Positions 41,562 to 51,068 of a stretch of 64,000 nucleotides of DNA are shown in pieces. Source of the stretch: Alphaproteobacteria bacterium (GTDB lineage: Bacteria > Pseudomonadota > Alphaproteobacteria > MPNO01 > UBA830); NCBI GenBank assembly GCA_964291215.2, contig OZ219791.1, positions 2,272,001 through 2,336,000 on the forward strand, written 5' to 3'. Below the pieces are notes generated by a model. The model saw only the letters and a program-made list of their open reading frames with translations. It searched no databases and was not told where the DNA came from. The translations under genes were made by a program, and so were the position numbers. Position 1 is the first letter of the stretch; each line of letters opens with the position of its first letter.

Positions 41562-42599
41562 GTGTCCCTGACCGCTCTGGATCGAACCAAGCTCAGGACT
41601 CTTGCAGTCGCCGTCGCGATTTCGGCTGTCGGAGGCGCACTTTACGGCGTTGTCGCCGTTGATGCGGAAGGGGTCCCGATCGCGCGTCATCCGATTCTGA
41701 TTGGTGCCTATGTGGGAAGCGTGATCGGCCTGTCGATCGGCGGCTTCGAGATCTTCTCGACCGTAACCAGGACACTTTATTGGTTGCGGCGCGCGCCGTT
41801 TGCGGCCAGCGTCCTGCTGCGATCGGCCTTCTATCTTCTGGTGTTCGTGCTGGCGATCGAATCCGCGTTCCTGGTCTTCGGAATTGTCGCCGTAGGCTGG
41901 GGGTGGGGCGATGCCCTCTTCCTGACGACCGTCGCCCTGTCGTTCTGCGCGAGCTTCCTGTTCAACATGATGCTGCGTGTCAACCAGTTGCTGGGGCGTG
42001 GTGTGCTCGCCGGTTTCCTGACGGGCCGCTATCATCGGCCGCGCGAGGAAGAACGGATTTTCCTTTTCCTGGACCTGGTGGGCTCCACGGAGCTTGCCGA
42101 ACGCATCGGTCATCTGGCGTTTCACCGCCTCCTCGGAGATTTCATTGCCGACGTCACCGAGCCGATCCTCGCTGCGCGGGGAGAAATTCACAGCTATGTC
42201 GGAGACGGCATCATCGTTTCCTGGAAGGTGCCACGCGGATTCCGGCACGGGCGGTGCGTCCGCTGCCTCCTCGACATGCGCCGGACGCTTGAGACCCGCG
42301 CCGCGGCCTATGAGGAGGCCTACGGGTGCGCGCCGGCCTTTCGGGCCGCGCTTCATGTCGGTCCGGTGATTGTCGGCGAGATGGGGGTCGTCAAGCAGGC
42401 GATAGTGTTTCTCGGGGATACGGTCAACACGACGGCGCGGATCGAAGCCGCCTGCAGGGAATTGGACGCGATGGCACTGGCTTCGGAAGCCATCGTTGAC
42501 CGGCTGGAAAATCGCGGCGATTTCGGATTCGAGGATGTCGGGCCTGTGACGCTGCGCGGCAAGGCGGCACCCATCAGGCTTTTTCGTCTGAATCTCTGA
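41562..42599 (+). CDS. Membrane-anchored class III adenylate/guanylate cyclase
   Basis: Four TM segments then FLFLDLVGST, YVGDG, LHVGPVIVGEMG, GDTVNTTARIE, LRGK; start uncertain. Confidence 0.88.
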   Translation: MSLTALDRTKLRTLAVAVAISAVGGALYGVVAVDAEGVPIARHPILIGAYVGSVIGLSIGGFEIFSTVTRTLYWLRRAPFAASVLLRSAFYLLVFVLAIESAFLVFGIVAVGWGWGDALFLTTVALSFCASFLFNMMLRVNQLLGRGVLAGFLTGRYHRPREEERIFLFLDLVGSTELAERIGHLAFHRLLGDFIADVTEPILAARGEIHSYVGDGIIVSWKVPRGFRHGRCVRCLLDMRRTLETRAAAYEEAYGCAPAFRAALHVGPVIVGEMGVVKQAIVFLGDTVNTTARIEAACRELDAMALASEAIVDRLENRGDFGFEDVGPVTLRGKAAPIRLFRLNL

Positions 42600-42863
42600 C
42601 CGCGCGCGGCCTGGTGCCGTCCTCCCCGCCTCTGGAGGGCCGCCCGGTCGCGCAATTTTGCGGCATCCGCGAGGGCCGTTCGGTCTGTCACGTTCCCGCA
42701 TTGGCGGCAGCGTTTCCGTCTAATTGTTGTATGCCGCTGGAATCGATGCCCAAAATGGTGTAAAATGAAGATCATCGACAAGACCGGTTTGCTGGTCCCT
42801 TGGCGGGGTATCCATGACAATTTCCCTTTTTCCACGTCTGCTGCCGATCCGGGACTCTGGGGC

Positions 42864-44093
42864 ATGATCGCGCCCGATGGACGCCTGGATACGGCCGGCG
42901 ACTACCCTTTCGACCGGCTACGCGCGCTGCTCGGCGACTGCCAGCCGCCGGACAGCGTGGTGCCGGTTGCCTTTTCTCTCGGTGAGCCGCAGCAGGCGCC
43001 GCCCGCGTTCGTCGCCGAGACAATTGCTGCCGAGGCCGCGGCCTGGGGGCAATATCCTCCCATCCGGGGTACCGCGGACTTCCGCGCGGCGATCGCCGCC
43101 TGGCTGACGCAGCGCTATCGTCTGCCGCCGGGCATGATTGATGCCGATGCGATGATCGTGCCCGTGTCGGGCACCCGCGAGGCGCTGTTCATGATTGCTC
43201 TTGCCGTTGTTCCCGAAAGCAGATCCGGGACGCGCCCGATGGCGCTGATGCCGAACCCGTTCTACCAGGTCTATCTCGGGGCCGCAGCGGCGGCCGGGGC
43301 CCAACCCGTGTTCGTGCCGGCCGACCGCGAGCATGGTTTTCTGCCCGACTACGCTTCGATTCCGGACGAGATCCTCGACCGCGCCGCCATTGCCTATTTC
43401 TGCTCGCCTGCGAACCCGCAGGGTGCGGTCGCCTCGCTCGACGCCCTCAAGAACCTTGTGGAACTCGCTCGTACCCACGATTTCCTGCTGGTGTCCGACG
43501 AGTGCTACAGCGAACTCTACTATGGCGAGCCACCGCCCGGCGCGGCCGAAGCCTGCGCGGCGCTCGGCCGCAGGTCCATGTCCGGGGTCGTGGTCATGAA
43601 CTCCTTGTCCAAGCGCTCCTCGGCGCCGGGGCTCCGCGTCGGTTTTGTCGCCGGAGACCCGGAAGTCATGCGCCGGTTTGCCCGCCTGCGCGACTATGGC
43701 GGTGCGCCGCCACCGCTGCCGCTTCTTTCGGCAGCCGTGGCGCTGTGGCGCGACGAGGAACATGTCGAGGCCAACCGGGCAAGCTACGCCGCGCGGTTTG
43801 CTGCCGCGGAGGAAATACTCGGAGGGCGCCACGGGTTCTACGCCCCGGAAGGTGGCTTTTATCTTTGGCTCGATGTCGGGGACGGCGAAGCTGCTGCACG
43901 CAGCCTGTGGCGTGAGGCCGGTATCCGCGTCATGCCCGGCGAATATCTGGCCCGGGAGACTGACAGCGGCCATCCGGGCGCGGGTTATATCCGCGTGGCG
44001 CTGGTGCATGAACTCGATACCACGCGCGAGGCGCTCTCACGGATGTCGGACACGCTGGGCCGGACAGGCCTGAATGGCGAGGACGGATCATGA
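42864..44093 (+). CDS. Class I/II PLP aminotransferase (DapC-like)
   Basis: [47 protein letters not shown]; overlaps ftsK start. Confidence 0.9.
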   Translation: MIAPDGRLDTAGDYPFDRLRALLGDCQPPDSVVPVAFSLGEPQQAPPAFVAETIAAEAAAWGQYPPIRGTADFRAAIAAWLTQRYRLPPGMIDADAMIVPVSGTREALFMIALAVVPESRSGTRPMALMPNPFYQVYLGAAAAAGAQPVFVPADREHGFLPDYASIPDEILDRAAIAYFCSPANPQGAVASLDALKNLVELARTHDFLLVSDECYSELYYGEPPPGAAEACAALGRRSMSGVVVMNSLSKRSSAPGLRVGFVAGDPEVMRRFARLRDYGGAPPPLPLLSAAVALWRDEEHVEANRASYAARFAAAEEILGGRHGFYAPEGGFYLWLDVGDGEAAARSLWREAGIRVMPGEYLARETDSGHPGAGYIRVALVHELDTTREALSRMSDTLGRTGLNGEDGS

Positions 44094-46474
44094 CGGCGCA
44101 AGCCCGTCACATTGGCGGCGACACCCCTGTTTCGCGAAGCATTCCGGTCTTTCTCGCGCGCCGTCTCCGCGAAGCGGCTGGGATTTGCCTGCTCGCCGCT
44201 GCCGCTGGCGCGATGATCGCGGTCTTCGGGTACGATGCCTCCGACCCTTCCTGGAATCACGCCATCGCCTACGGCGCATCCAACCCGCTCGGAGAAATCG
44301 GCGCGCGCGCGGCCGATTTTCTGGTGCAGTCCATCGGTGCCGGCGCCTATCTGTTGGCGGCCGTGCTGGCATGCTGGGGATGGCGCTTCTTTCGGCATCG
44401 TGAAATCACCCGCTTCTGGGCGCGCGTGATCGCCTTCGCCGTGGCGCTGGCGCTCGCGGTGCTCGCGCTCGACAGCCTGCCGCCCGGTGCGGCATGGTCG
44501 GATTCTGCCGGAGTGGGCGGGGTCGCCGGGCATCTTCTTGCGGGCTGGCTTGCGCCGCTTGCCGAAGCCGCCGGTCTGGCGAGGTTGCCGATGACGCTGG
44601 GTGCTGCGTTAGCCGCGTTTGTCGCTTCGGCTGCCGCCCTCGGCGTGGGCCTTGCCGAGTGGCGCTCGGCATTCGCGGCAGCCCGCTCCGCGGCGCGCAG
44701 CGGCGGACGCGGCGTCGTTGTGGCCGGGACCAGGATCGCCCGTGTCGCGCGGTGGCTGTGCAGGACACGGAATGGCGCGGCGCCCGTCGACGAGAGGGTT
44801 GACCCGCCACCGCCCCGCATGGCGCAGCTCGGTCCCGCGGCCCCTGCACCGGAGTCCTCCGGAAAGATCGTCGCTGGCCGTAAACGCAAGGTAGCCGCCG
44901 GCAGGAGGGCGGCCGAGGCAGGGCAGGCGAATCTCGATCTGGGGACTGGCGAGTATGTGCTGCCACCGCTTGACGCGCTCGACCCGGCGCCAGCCGGTGC
45001 AGGTGCGCTGCAGCCGAACGATGAGGCGCTGGCGGAGAATGCTCGCCTCCTGGAATCGGTGCTCGAAGACTTCGGGGTGCACGGCCGCATCGTCAAGGTG
45101 CGGCCCGGTCCGGTCGTTACCCTCTACGAGCTCGAGCCGGCGCCCGGAACCAAGAGCGCACGTGTCATCGGCCTCGCCGACGACATTGCCCGTTCGATGA
45201 GCGCGGTTTCGGTTCGTGTCGCTGTCGTGCGGGGCAGGAACGTCATCGGCATCGAACTGCCCAACATGGACCGGGAACTCGTCGTGCTGCGCGAGCTCGT
45301 GTCCTCGAAGACCTATGAAAGTCATCGCGGTGCTCTGCCGCTGGTGCTTGGAAAGAACATCGGCGGCGATCTCGTCATGGAAGACCTTGCCCGCATGCCG
45401 CATCTGCTCATTGCCGGCACCACCGGGTCGGGGAAGTCGGTCGCGGTCAACACCATGATCATGTCGCTGCTCTACCGGCTGCCGCCGGAGCGCTGCAAGT
45501 TCATCATGATCGACCCGAAAATGCTCGAACTCTCGGTCTATGACGATATTCCGCACCTTCTCGCGCCTGTGGTCACCGATGCTTCCAAGGCGGTTGTCGC
45601 CCTGCGTTGGGCCGTCCGGGAAATGGAAGAGCGCTACCGTGCAATGTCGAATCTCGGTGTTCGCAATATTCAGGGCTACAACCAACGCCTTGCCGAAGCG
45701 CTGGCGAACGGCGAGCCCCTGACCAGGACGGTGCAGACGGGGTTCGATCCGGAGTCGGGCGAGCCAGTCTACGAAGAACAGGAATACGGTGACACGCTGC
45801 TTCCGCATATCGTCGTGATCGTCGACGAGATGGCAGACCTGATGCTCGTCGCCGGCAAGGATGTCGAAGCGGCTGTCCAGCGTCTGGCGCAGATGGCGCG
45901 GGCCGCCGGCATTCATCTGATCATGGCTACCCAACGCCCGTCGGTAGACGTTATCACAGGCACCATCAAGGCGAACTTTCCGACCCGCGTCAGCTTCCAG
46001 GTCACCTCCAAGATCGACAGCCGCACGATACTCGGAGAAGGCGGCGCGGAACAGCTTCTGGGGCAGGGCGACATGCTCTACATGGCTGGTGGCGGGCGGA
46101 TCAGCCGCGTGCACGGCCCCTTTGTCTCCGACGAAGCGGTCGAGCGGGTCGTGCGGTGCCTGCGCGAGCAGGGGGCGCCGGAATACATCGACGATGTTAC
46201 CGAGGGAGAAAACGAGTCGCCGTTCCTCCCGCCCGCCGGCGACAATTCCGGCGGCGGCTCCAGCGGTGGCGACGCACTCTATGACCAGGCCGTCGCCATC
46301 GTCTGCAGCGAACGGCGGGCTTCGACCAGCTTCGTGCAGCGCCATCTCCAGATCGGCTACAACCGTGCGGCGAGAATCATCGAGCGGATGGAGGCCGACG
46401 GCGTCATCAGCAAACCCAACCATGCCGGAAAGCGGGAGGTCCTAGCGCGCGACCTCGACGGTCACGACAGCTGA
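44090..46474 (+). CDS. ftsK: DNA translocase FtsK
   Basis: 4TM N-terminus, [34 protein letters not shown], gamma domain IGYNRAA. Confidence 0.98.
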   Translation: MTAQARHIGGDTPVSRSIPVFLARRLREAAGICLLAAAAGAMIAVFGYDASDPSWNHAIAYGASNPLGEIGARAADFLVQSIGAGAYLLAAVLACWGWRFFRHREITRFWARVIAFAVALALAVLALDSLPPGAAWSDSAGVGGVAGHLLAGWLAPLAEAAGLARLPMTLGAALAAFVASAAALGVGLAEWRSAFAAARSAARSGGRGVVVAGTRIARVARWLCRTRNGAAPVDERVDPPPPRMAQLGPAAPAPESSGKIVAGRKRKVAAGRRAAEAGQANLDLGTGEYVLPPLDALDPAPAGAGALQPNDEALAENARLLESVLEDFGVHGRIVKVRPGPVVTLYELEPAPGTKSARVIGLADDIARSMSAVSVRVAVVRGRNVIGIELPNMDRELVVLRELVSSKTYESHRGALPLVLGKNIGGDLVMEDLARMPHLLIAGTTGSGKSVAVNTMIMSLLYRLPPERCKFIMIDPKMLELSVYDDIPHLLAPVVTDASKAVVALRWAVREMEERYRAMSNLGVRNIQGYNQRLAEALANGEPLTRTVQTGFDPESGEPVYEEQEYGDTLLPHIVVIVDEMADLMLVAGKDVEAAVQRLAQMARAAGIHLIMATQRPSVDVITGTIKANFPTRVSFQVTSKIDSRTILGEGGAEQLLGQGDMLYMAGGGRISRVHGPFVSDEAVERVVRCLREQGAPEYIDDVTEGENESPFLPPAGDNSGGGSSGGDALYDQAVAIVCSERRASTSFVQRHLQIGYNRAARIIERMEADGVISKPNHAGKREVLARDLDGHDS

Positions 46475-47139
46475 TGCCGGCATCGGCTTTCCGGCCGGCG
46501 TTGCCGCTGCCCCGCGTGCACCGTTTTCTGGTGTGCCTTGCGGCTGCCGCGGTCCTGATCTTGACGTCCCCACCCGCCAGCGCCGCCACGCTCTCCCAGC
46601 GTGACGCCATCGATGTCGCGCGCATCGAAGCCTACCTGAACTCGCTCCGGACGGTTCGCAGTTCCTTCGTTCAGGTGTCGTCCAGGGGTGAGACGGCCGA
46701 GGGCACCATCTTCATCGAGCGCCCCGGCCGATTGCGCCTCGACTACAGCAATCCGTCCAACATCGAGGTCTATGTCAACGGCAACTGGCTTGTCCATGTC
46801 GATACCGACCTCGAGGCGGTCAGCCATATCCCGGTAAAATGGACGCCAGCACGCTTCCTGGTAAGCGAGCGCATCGCCCTGTCGGGCGAGGCGACCGTGC
46901 GGCGCATCCATCGCAAGCCCGGCCTTATCTCCATCGAACTGGTGCAGACCAGTGATCCTGAAGCGGGCAGTTTCGAGCTCGTCTTCTCCGATGGGCCGCT
47001 GGTCCTTCGCCAGTGGATCGTCGTCGATGCCCAGGACGTGACCACGATCGTGACCTTGTCGGGACCGGTCTTCAACACGCCGATTCCGCGCGAGGTCTTT
47101 GTCTTTGATTCGCGCAGATTCGAATCCGATCCTCAGTGA
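46474..47139 (+). CDS. lolA: Outer-membrane lipoprotein carrier LolA
   Basis: Signal peptide; FVQ, RPGRLRLDY, LRQWIVVDAQ; ftsK-lolA synteny. Confidence 0.88.
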   Translation: MPASAFRPALPLPRVHRFLVCLAAAAVLILTSPPASAATLSQRDAIDVARIEAYLNSLRTVRSSFVQVSSRGETAEGTIFIERPGRLRLDYSNPSNIEVYVNGNWLVHVDTDLEAVSHIPVKWTPARFLVSERIALSGEATVRRIHRKPGLISIELVQTSDPEAGSFELVFSDGPLVLRQWIVVDAQDVTTIVTLSGPVFNTPIPREVFVFDSRRFESDPQ

Positions 47140-47350
47140 AGTAGTCTCCGTTGAGCAGGCCCGCCATGGACGGCGGTCTCCGGAAACCGGACGGCCCCCA
47201 TCCGGGTCCTGCAAGCCGTGATTGCGCCCGGTTTGCATCACGGGAATTAACTTCGGAGGAGGGCCGGGAAAGCAGTTGCGTCGCGTGGCCGAGCGCCGCG
47301 GCGACTCGCCCCGTGTTGTCCCTGAAGGCCGGACATGGTAAGCAACCGGC

Positions 47351-48142
47351 ATGTTTGACAGGTCAGTCACTCCGGTTGTCGGCGTCTCGGCAAGCCGTCA
47401 TTTCATGCCCGCACATACGCTCCCCCACCACGGCTCGGGGGAACGCTATATCCTTGCCGTGTCGGAAGGCGCCGGCGCGCTTCCCGTGATTATTCCGGCT
47501 CTTGGCGACGGATGCGATTTTGCCGAGCTCGTGCAGCGGCTTGACGGCCTGTTCCTTACCGGCGGCCGCGCCAATGTCGAACCGCACCATTACGGCGGTC
47601 CGCCGTTTCCCGACGACGAGATTCGCGACCCGCCGCGGGACCATACCGTGCTTCCCCTCATTCGCGAATGCGTGGAGCGCGGCGTGCCGGTGTTCGGATC
47701 CTGCCGCGGCATCCAGGAGATCAATGTGGCGCTCGGCGGCTCGCTGCATTACCGCACCCATCTCGTTCCCGGATACGACGACCACCGCATGCGCCGCGAA
47801 GGTGATATCGAGTTCAGGATGGGCCCGCGCCATCAGGTCGTGCTCGCCGAGGACGGGCTGTTCCACAAGCTTGTCAGCGCGCGCGAAGTCATGGTCAATT
47901 CTCTGCACGGGCAGTCGGTTGATTCTGTCGCGCCGGGCCTTGAGGTGGAATGCGTCTCTCCGGACGGCGTCATCGAAGGGCTCAGCCATTCTGATTCGCG
48001 GACGTTCTGCGTTGGCGTCCAGTGGCATGCGGAGTGGCGTTTCGAGACCCACCCCCTGTCCGGCGCATTGTTCCGCACTTTTGGCGATGCCTGCCGCAAG
48101 CGTGCGGCAGGGCGCAGGGGCTACGTCGTTGCTGCAGCCTGA
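47351..48142 (+). CDS. Gamma-glutamyl-gamma-aminobutyrate hydrolase-like (peptidase C26/PuuD family)
   Basis: LDGLFLTGG, GSCRGIQE, VNSLHGQ, GVQWHAE. Confidence 0.9.
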   Translation: MFDRSVTPVVGVSASRHFMPAHTLPHHGSGERYILAVSEGAGALPVIIPALGDGCDFAELVQRLDGLFLTGGRANVEPHHYGGPPFPDDEIRDPPRDHTVLPLIRECVERGVPVFGSCRGIQEINVALGGSLHYRTHLVPGYDDHRMRREGDIEFRMGPRHQVVLAEDGLFHKLVSAREVMVNSLHGQSVDSVAPGLEVECVSPDGVIEGLSHSDSRTFCVGVQWHAEWRFETHPLSGALFRTFGDACRKRAAGRRGYVVAAA

Positions 48143-48160
48143 GCCACTCGCGCCCTAACC

Positions 48161-48949
48161 ATGCGGGTGGCGACCTGGAACATCAATTCGGTGCGGTTGC
48201 GTCTCGAGACGCTCCGGCGCGTGGCCGATCTCCTCGAACCCGATTATCTCTGCCTCCAGGAGATCAAGGTGCGGACCGAGGATTTCCCGGCCGGAGACAT
48301 CGCCGCGATCGGGTTTCCGCACCAGCTCGTGCGCGGGATGAAGAGCTACAACGGCGTGGCAATCCTGTCGCGCCATGCGCTCTCCGACGGCGGCAGCCGG
48401 GACTGGTGCGCGCGCGATGACGCCCGCCATGTGGCCGGGATCGTTGAAGGCGGGACCGAGATTCACAACTTCTACGTTCCGGCGGGCGGCGACGAACCGG
48501 ATCCCGATATCAACGACAAGTTCGCCCACAAGCTGGCCTTCCTCGATGAGGCGGCACGATGGTCGGCCACCCTGCCGCCGCGCAGCCGGCGCGTTCTCGT
48601 CGGCGATCTCAACATTGCTCCCCTGGAGACTGACGTCTGGTCGCACAGGCAACTGCTCAAGGTGGTGAGCCATACCCCTGTCGAGGTCGAGGGTCTGTCA
48701 CGATGGCAGAAGGCGCACGGATGGGTAGACGCGGTGCGCTTGATCATCCCCGAGGACCAGCAGCTCTATTCGTGGTGGAGCTATCGCAATCGCACATGGC
48801 CGGGCAGCGATCGAGGCCGCCGCCTCGATCATGTCTGGGTTAGTCCCGACCTGGCCGGCCACGTCGCTGACGCCGGAGTATTGCGGGAGGCGCGCGGCTG
48901 GAAGATGCCGTCCGATCACGCCCCCGTGTGGGCCGATATTACGCTCTGA
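48161..48949 (+). CDS. xth: Exodeoxyribonuclease III
   Basis: ATWNINS, CLQEIK, YNGVAILS, GDLNIAP, SWWSYR, RLDH, SDHAP. Confidence 0.96.
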   Translation: MRVATWNINSVRLRLETLRRVADLLEPDYLCLQEIKVRTEDFPAGDIAAIGFPHQLVRGMKSYNGVAILSRHALSDGGSRDWCARDDARHVAGIVEGGTEIHNFYVPAGGDEPDPDINDKFAHKLAFLDEAARWSATLPPRSRRVLVGDLNIAPLETDVWSHRQLLKVVSHTPVEVEGLSRWQKAHGWVDAVRLIIPEDQQLYSWWSYRNRTWPGSDRGRRLDHVWVSPDLAGHVADAGVLREARGWKMPSDHAPVWADITL

Positions 48950-48965
48950 GGTCGTGTGCGCCGGA

Positions 48966-50081
48966 TCAGGGATCGGGCGGGCCGTAGCCCGGGTGCTGCG
49001 GAATCTCTTCGTTCACCAGAATGGCCCTGCGGCCGCCGAAACGCTCTTTCCAGCGATCGATCACCTCCGGGTTGAAGACGTTGTTGGGAACCTCCCCGTT
49101 GAGGGCCTGCAGCACCGCGTTGGTGGCCCAGCGATAGCCCGGGCCGAGGCCACTGCCCGCGTTGACAGAGATCATGTGCGGTGACAGCGTTATCTTGCTG
49201 CCGAGGTCGCGAAGTGGTGAATCGGCGGGCAGGGGCTCGTCGCGGAAGGCGTCGATTGAGGCGCCTGCGATCACGTCGTTCCGCAGCGCGTCGGCTAGCG
49301 CGTCCTCGTCGACATTGCCACCCCGCGAGGTGTTGATGAAGATCGCACCGGGTTTCATCTTCGCGAACTGCGCGGCGCCCATCATCCCATCGTTCTTGCG
49401 CGTGTAGGTGCAGTGCAGGCTGACGACGTCCGAGTTCTCGAGCAGGTGGTCGAGTTCGACCCTCTCCGCGCCCTTTTCGGCAAAGCGGCTGTCGGGGATG
49501 TAGGGGTCGCAAGCAATGATGCGCATGCCCCATGGCGCGAACAGCTGAGCGACGCGCGCGCCGATACGACCGAGACCTATGATGCCGAGGGTGAGACCTG
49601 GATATCCGTCGCTTGTGCGGGCGCCCAGATAGAGTCCGGACAATTCGGGTTCACGCCACCCGCCGGCCCTGATCGTTGCGTCCCTCTCGGCGGTTTTCTT
49701 GAGCCGCGCGAGGATCATTGCCACCGTGCCTTCGGCAACGCCGTAGCAATTCGATTCGGTCGGGCCGTGGCATACCAGTATCCCCAGTTCGGTGGCGGCA
49801 TCGACATCCACATCGTCGGTGCCGACCGTGCATTTGGCGACAATACGCAGCTTGGGACTTGCCTTGAGGATCTTCCGCGTCACCGGGGTCGAGCGGATCG
49901 ACGTCCCCATCAGCGCGTCGGCGGTGCGGGCGTGCGTCGCGACGTCATCCTCGTGATCGCCCCGCGGCACATGCCAGACAGGGTTGCCGAAGGAGAGTTC
50001 GCAGCCATAGCGCTCGAGGGTGTCGTGACAGTCTTCGAGGCCCTTGACCGGCGCAAAGACGAATACTCTTGGAGCCGTCAT
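48966..50081 (-). CDS. D-isomer-specific 2-hydroxyacid dehydrogenase (SerA-like)
   Basis: GIIGLGRIG, DVVSLH, MKPGAIFINTSRG, DAFRDEP, SPH; start overlaps the methyltransferase stop. Confidence 0.9.
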   Translation of the reverse strand: MTAPRVFVFAPVKGLEDCHDTLERYGCELSFGNPVWHVPRGDHEDDVATHARTADALMGTSIRSTPVTRKILKASPKLRIVAKCTVGTDDVDVDAATELGILVCHGPTESNCYGVAEGTVAMILARLKKTAERDATIRAGGWREPELSGLYLGARTSDGYPGLTLGIIGLGRIGARVAQLFAPWGMRIIACDPYIPDSRFAEKGAERVELDHLLENSDVVSLHCTYTRKNDGMMGAAQFAKMKPGAIFINTSRGGNVDEDALADALRNDVIAGASIDAFRDEPLPADSPLRDLGSKITLSPHMISVNAGSGLGPGYRWATNAVLQALNGEVPNNVFNPEVIDRWKERFGGRRAILVNEEIPQHPGYGPPDP

Positions 50082-50590
50082 GTGGTTTCCTTTCTGGTCC
50101 TGCGGTCCACGCGGTTGATGAAATAACGGCGCTGCGCAACCTGCGGCGGCGGTGCCAGCGGCGTCCAGCCCGGCGCCCGGTAGTCCTGATCGCTGATCAC
50201 GATGCCGCGAGCGGCCATGAGGCCGGAAAGCGCCGGCGCGATGAAAGCGGCGAGCCGGGCGTTCGAGTCCGCATCGCCGGTACCCATATCGCAATGGGCG
50301 AGCGCGGCGGGAGCGCCGATGCGGGTGCGCGCGGCAGGCAGGGTGGAGGTGATGTCTCCGAGAATCATGTGGCCGTCATCGGGAACGCAGTCCGGATGAG
50401 CAGCAACGCGGCAATCGAACACGAAGATCTCGCGATCCGGAAACAGTTCGCGCAGGTGGTCATAGGTGCGGCCGTTGCCGAGACCGAGTTCGAGGACCGG
50501 GCCCGGAATGCCGGCGATCAGTTCTGCCGCCATGTTCAGGCAGTCGCGTTGTGCCGAAACGCGGCGAATGAACGAATCGAGGCGACTCAT
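50078..50590 (-). CDS. Small class I SAM-dependent methyltransferase (Methyltransf_17-like)
   Basis: MSRLDSFIRR, VLELGLGNGRTYDHLR motif I. Confidence 0.8.
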   Translation of the reverse strand: MSRLDSFIRRVSAQRDCLNMAAELIAGIPGPVLELGLGNGRTYDHLRELFPDREIFVFDCRVAAHPDCVPDDGHMILGDITSTLPAARTRIGAPAALAHCDMGTGDADSNARLAAFIAPALSGLMAARGIVISDQDYRAPGWTPLAPPPQVAQRRYFINRVDRRTRKETT

Positions 50591-51036
50591 TCCCCGTCTC
50601 GGGCGTCGCGAAGACGAGCCGTCGTCGCGTCGAGTCGCTGGGCTAGCACCCGCATCACCTCGACCGCGATTTCGGGGAACTCCCCGATCATGCGGAAGAA
50701 CATGTCCTTGGTGATCTCGAGGGTGACGAGTTCCGACACGGCGCGCACCGTCGCGGTGCGCGGCGCATCCATCAGTATCGCCATTTCGCCGATTATGTCG
50801 TTCCGGCCCAGGCGGGCGACGGTCAACTCCCCGTCAGGCGTGTCGAGGATCACGTCGGCGCTGCCTTCGAGGACGATGTAGGCAACATCTCCCTCGTCGC
50901 CCTGATGGAACAGTTCCCGTCCAGCGGGAAACGTCAGCCTTTCGCTGGTAAACGCGATCAGCTTGAGTTGCGAAGGCGCCACCCTCGCGAACAGCGGAAT
51001 GCTTCTCAGCGCGTCGACCTCTTCGTTCAGAGCCAT
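50587..51036 (-). CDS. Stand-alone cyclic-nucleotide-binding domain protein
   Basis: LFHQGDEGD, phosphate-binding cassette GEMAIL..PRTATV; 149 aa, no HTH. Confidence 0.92.
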   Translation of the reverse strand: MALNEEVDALRSIPLFARVAPSQLKLIAFTSERLTFPAGRELFHQGDEGDVAYIVLEGSADVILDTPDGELTVARLGRNDIIGEMAILMDAPRTATVRAVSELVTLEITKDMFFRMIGEFPEIAVEVMRVLAQRLDATTARLRDARDGE

Positions 51037-51068
51037 GTCCAGTCCTTTCCCTGGAGACGGCGGACCGT

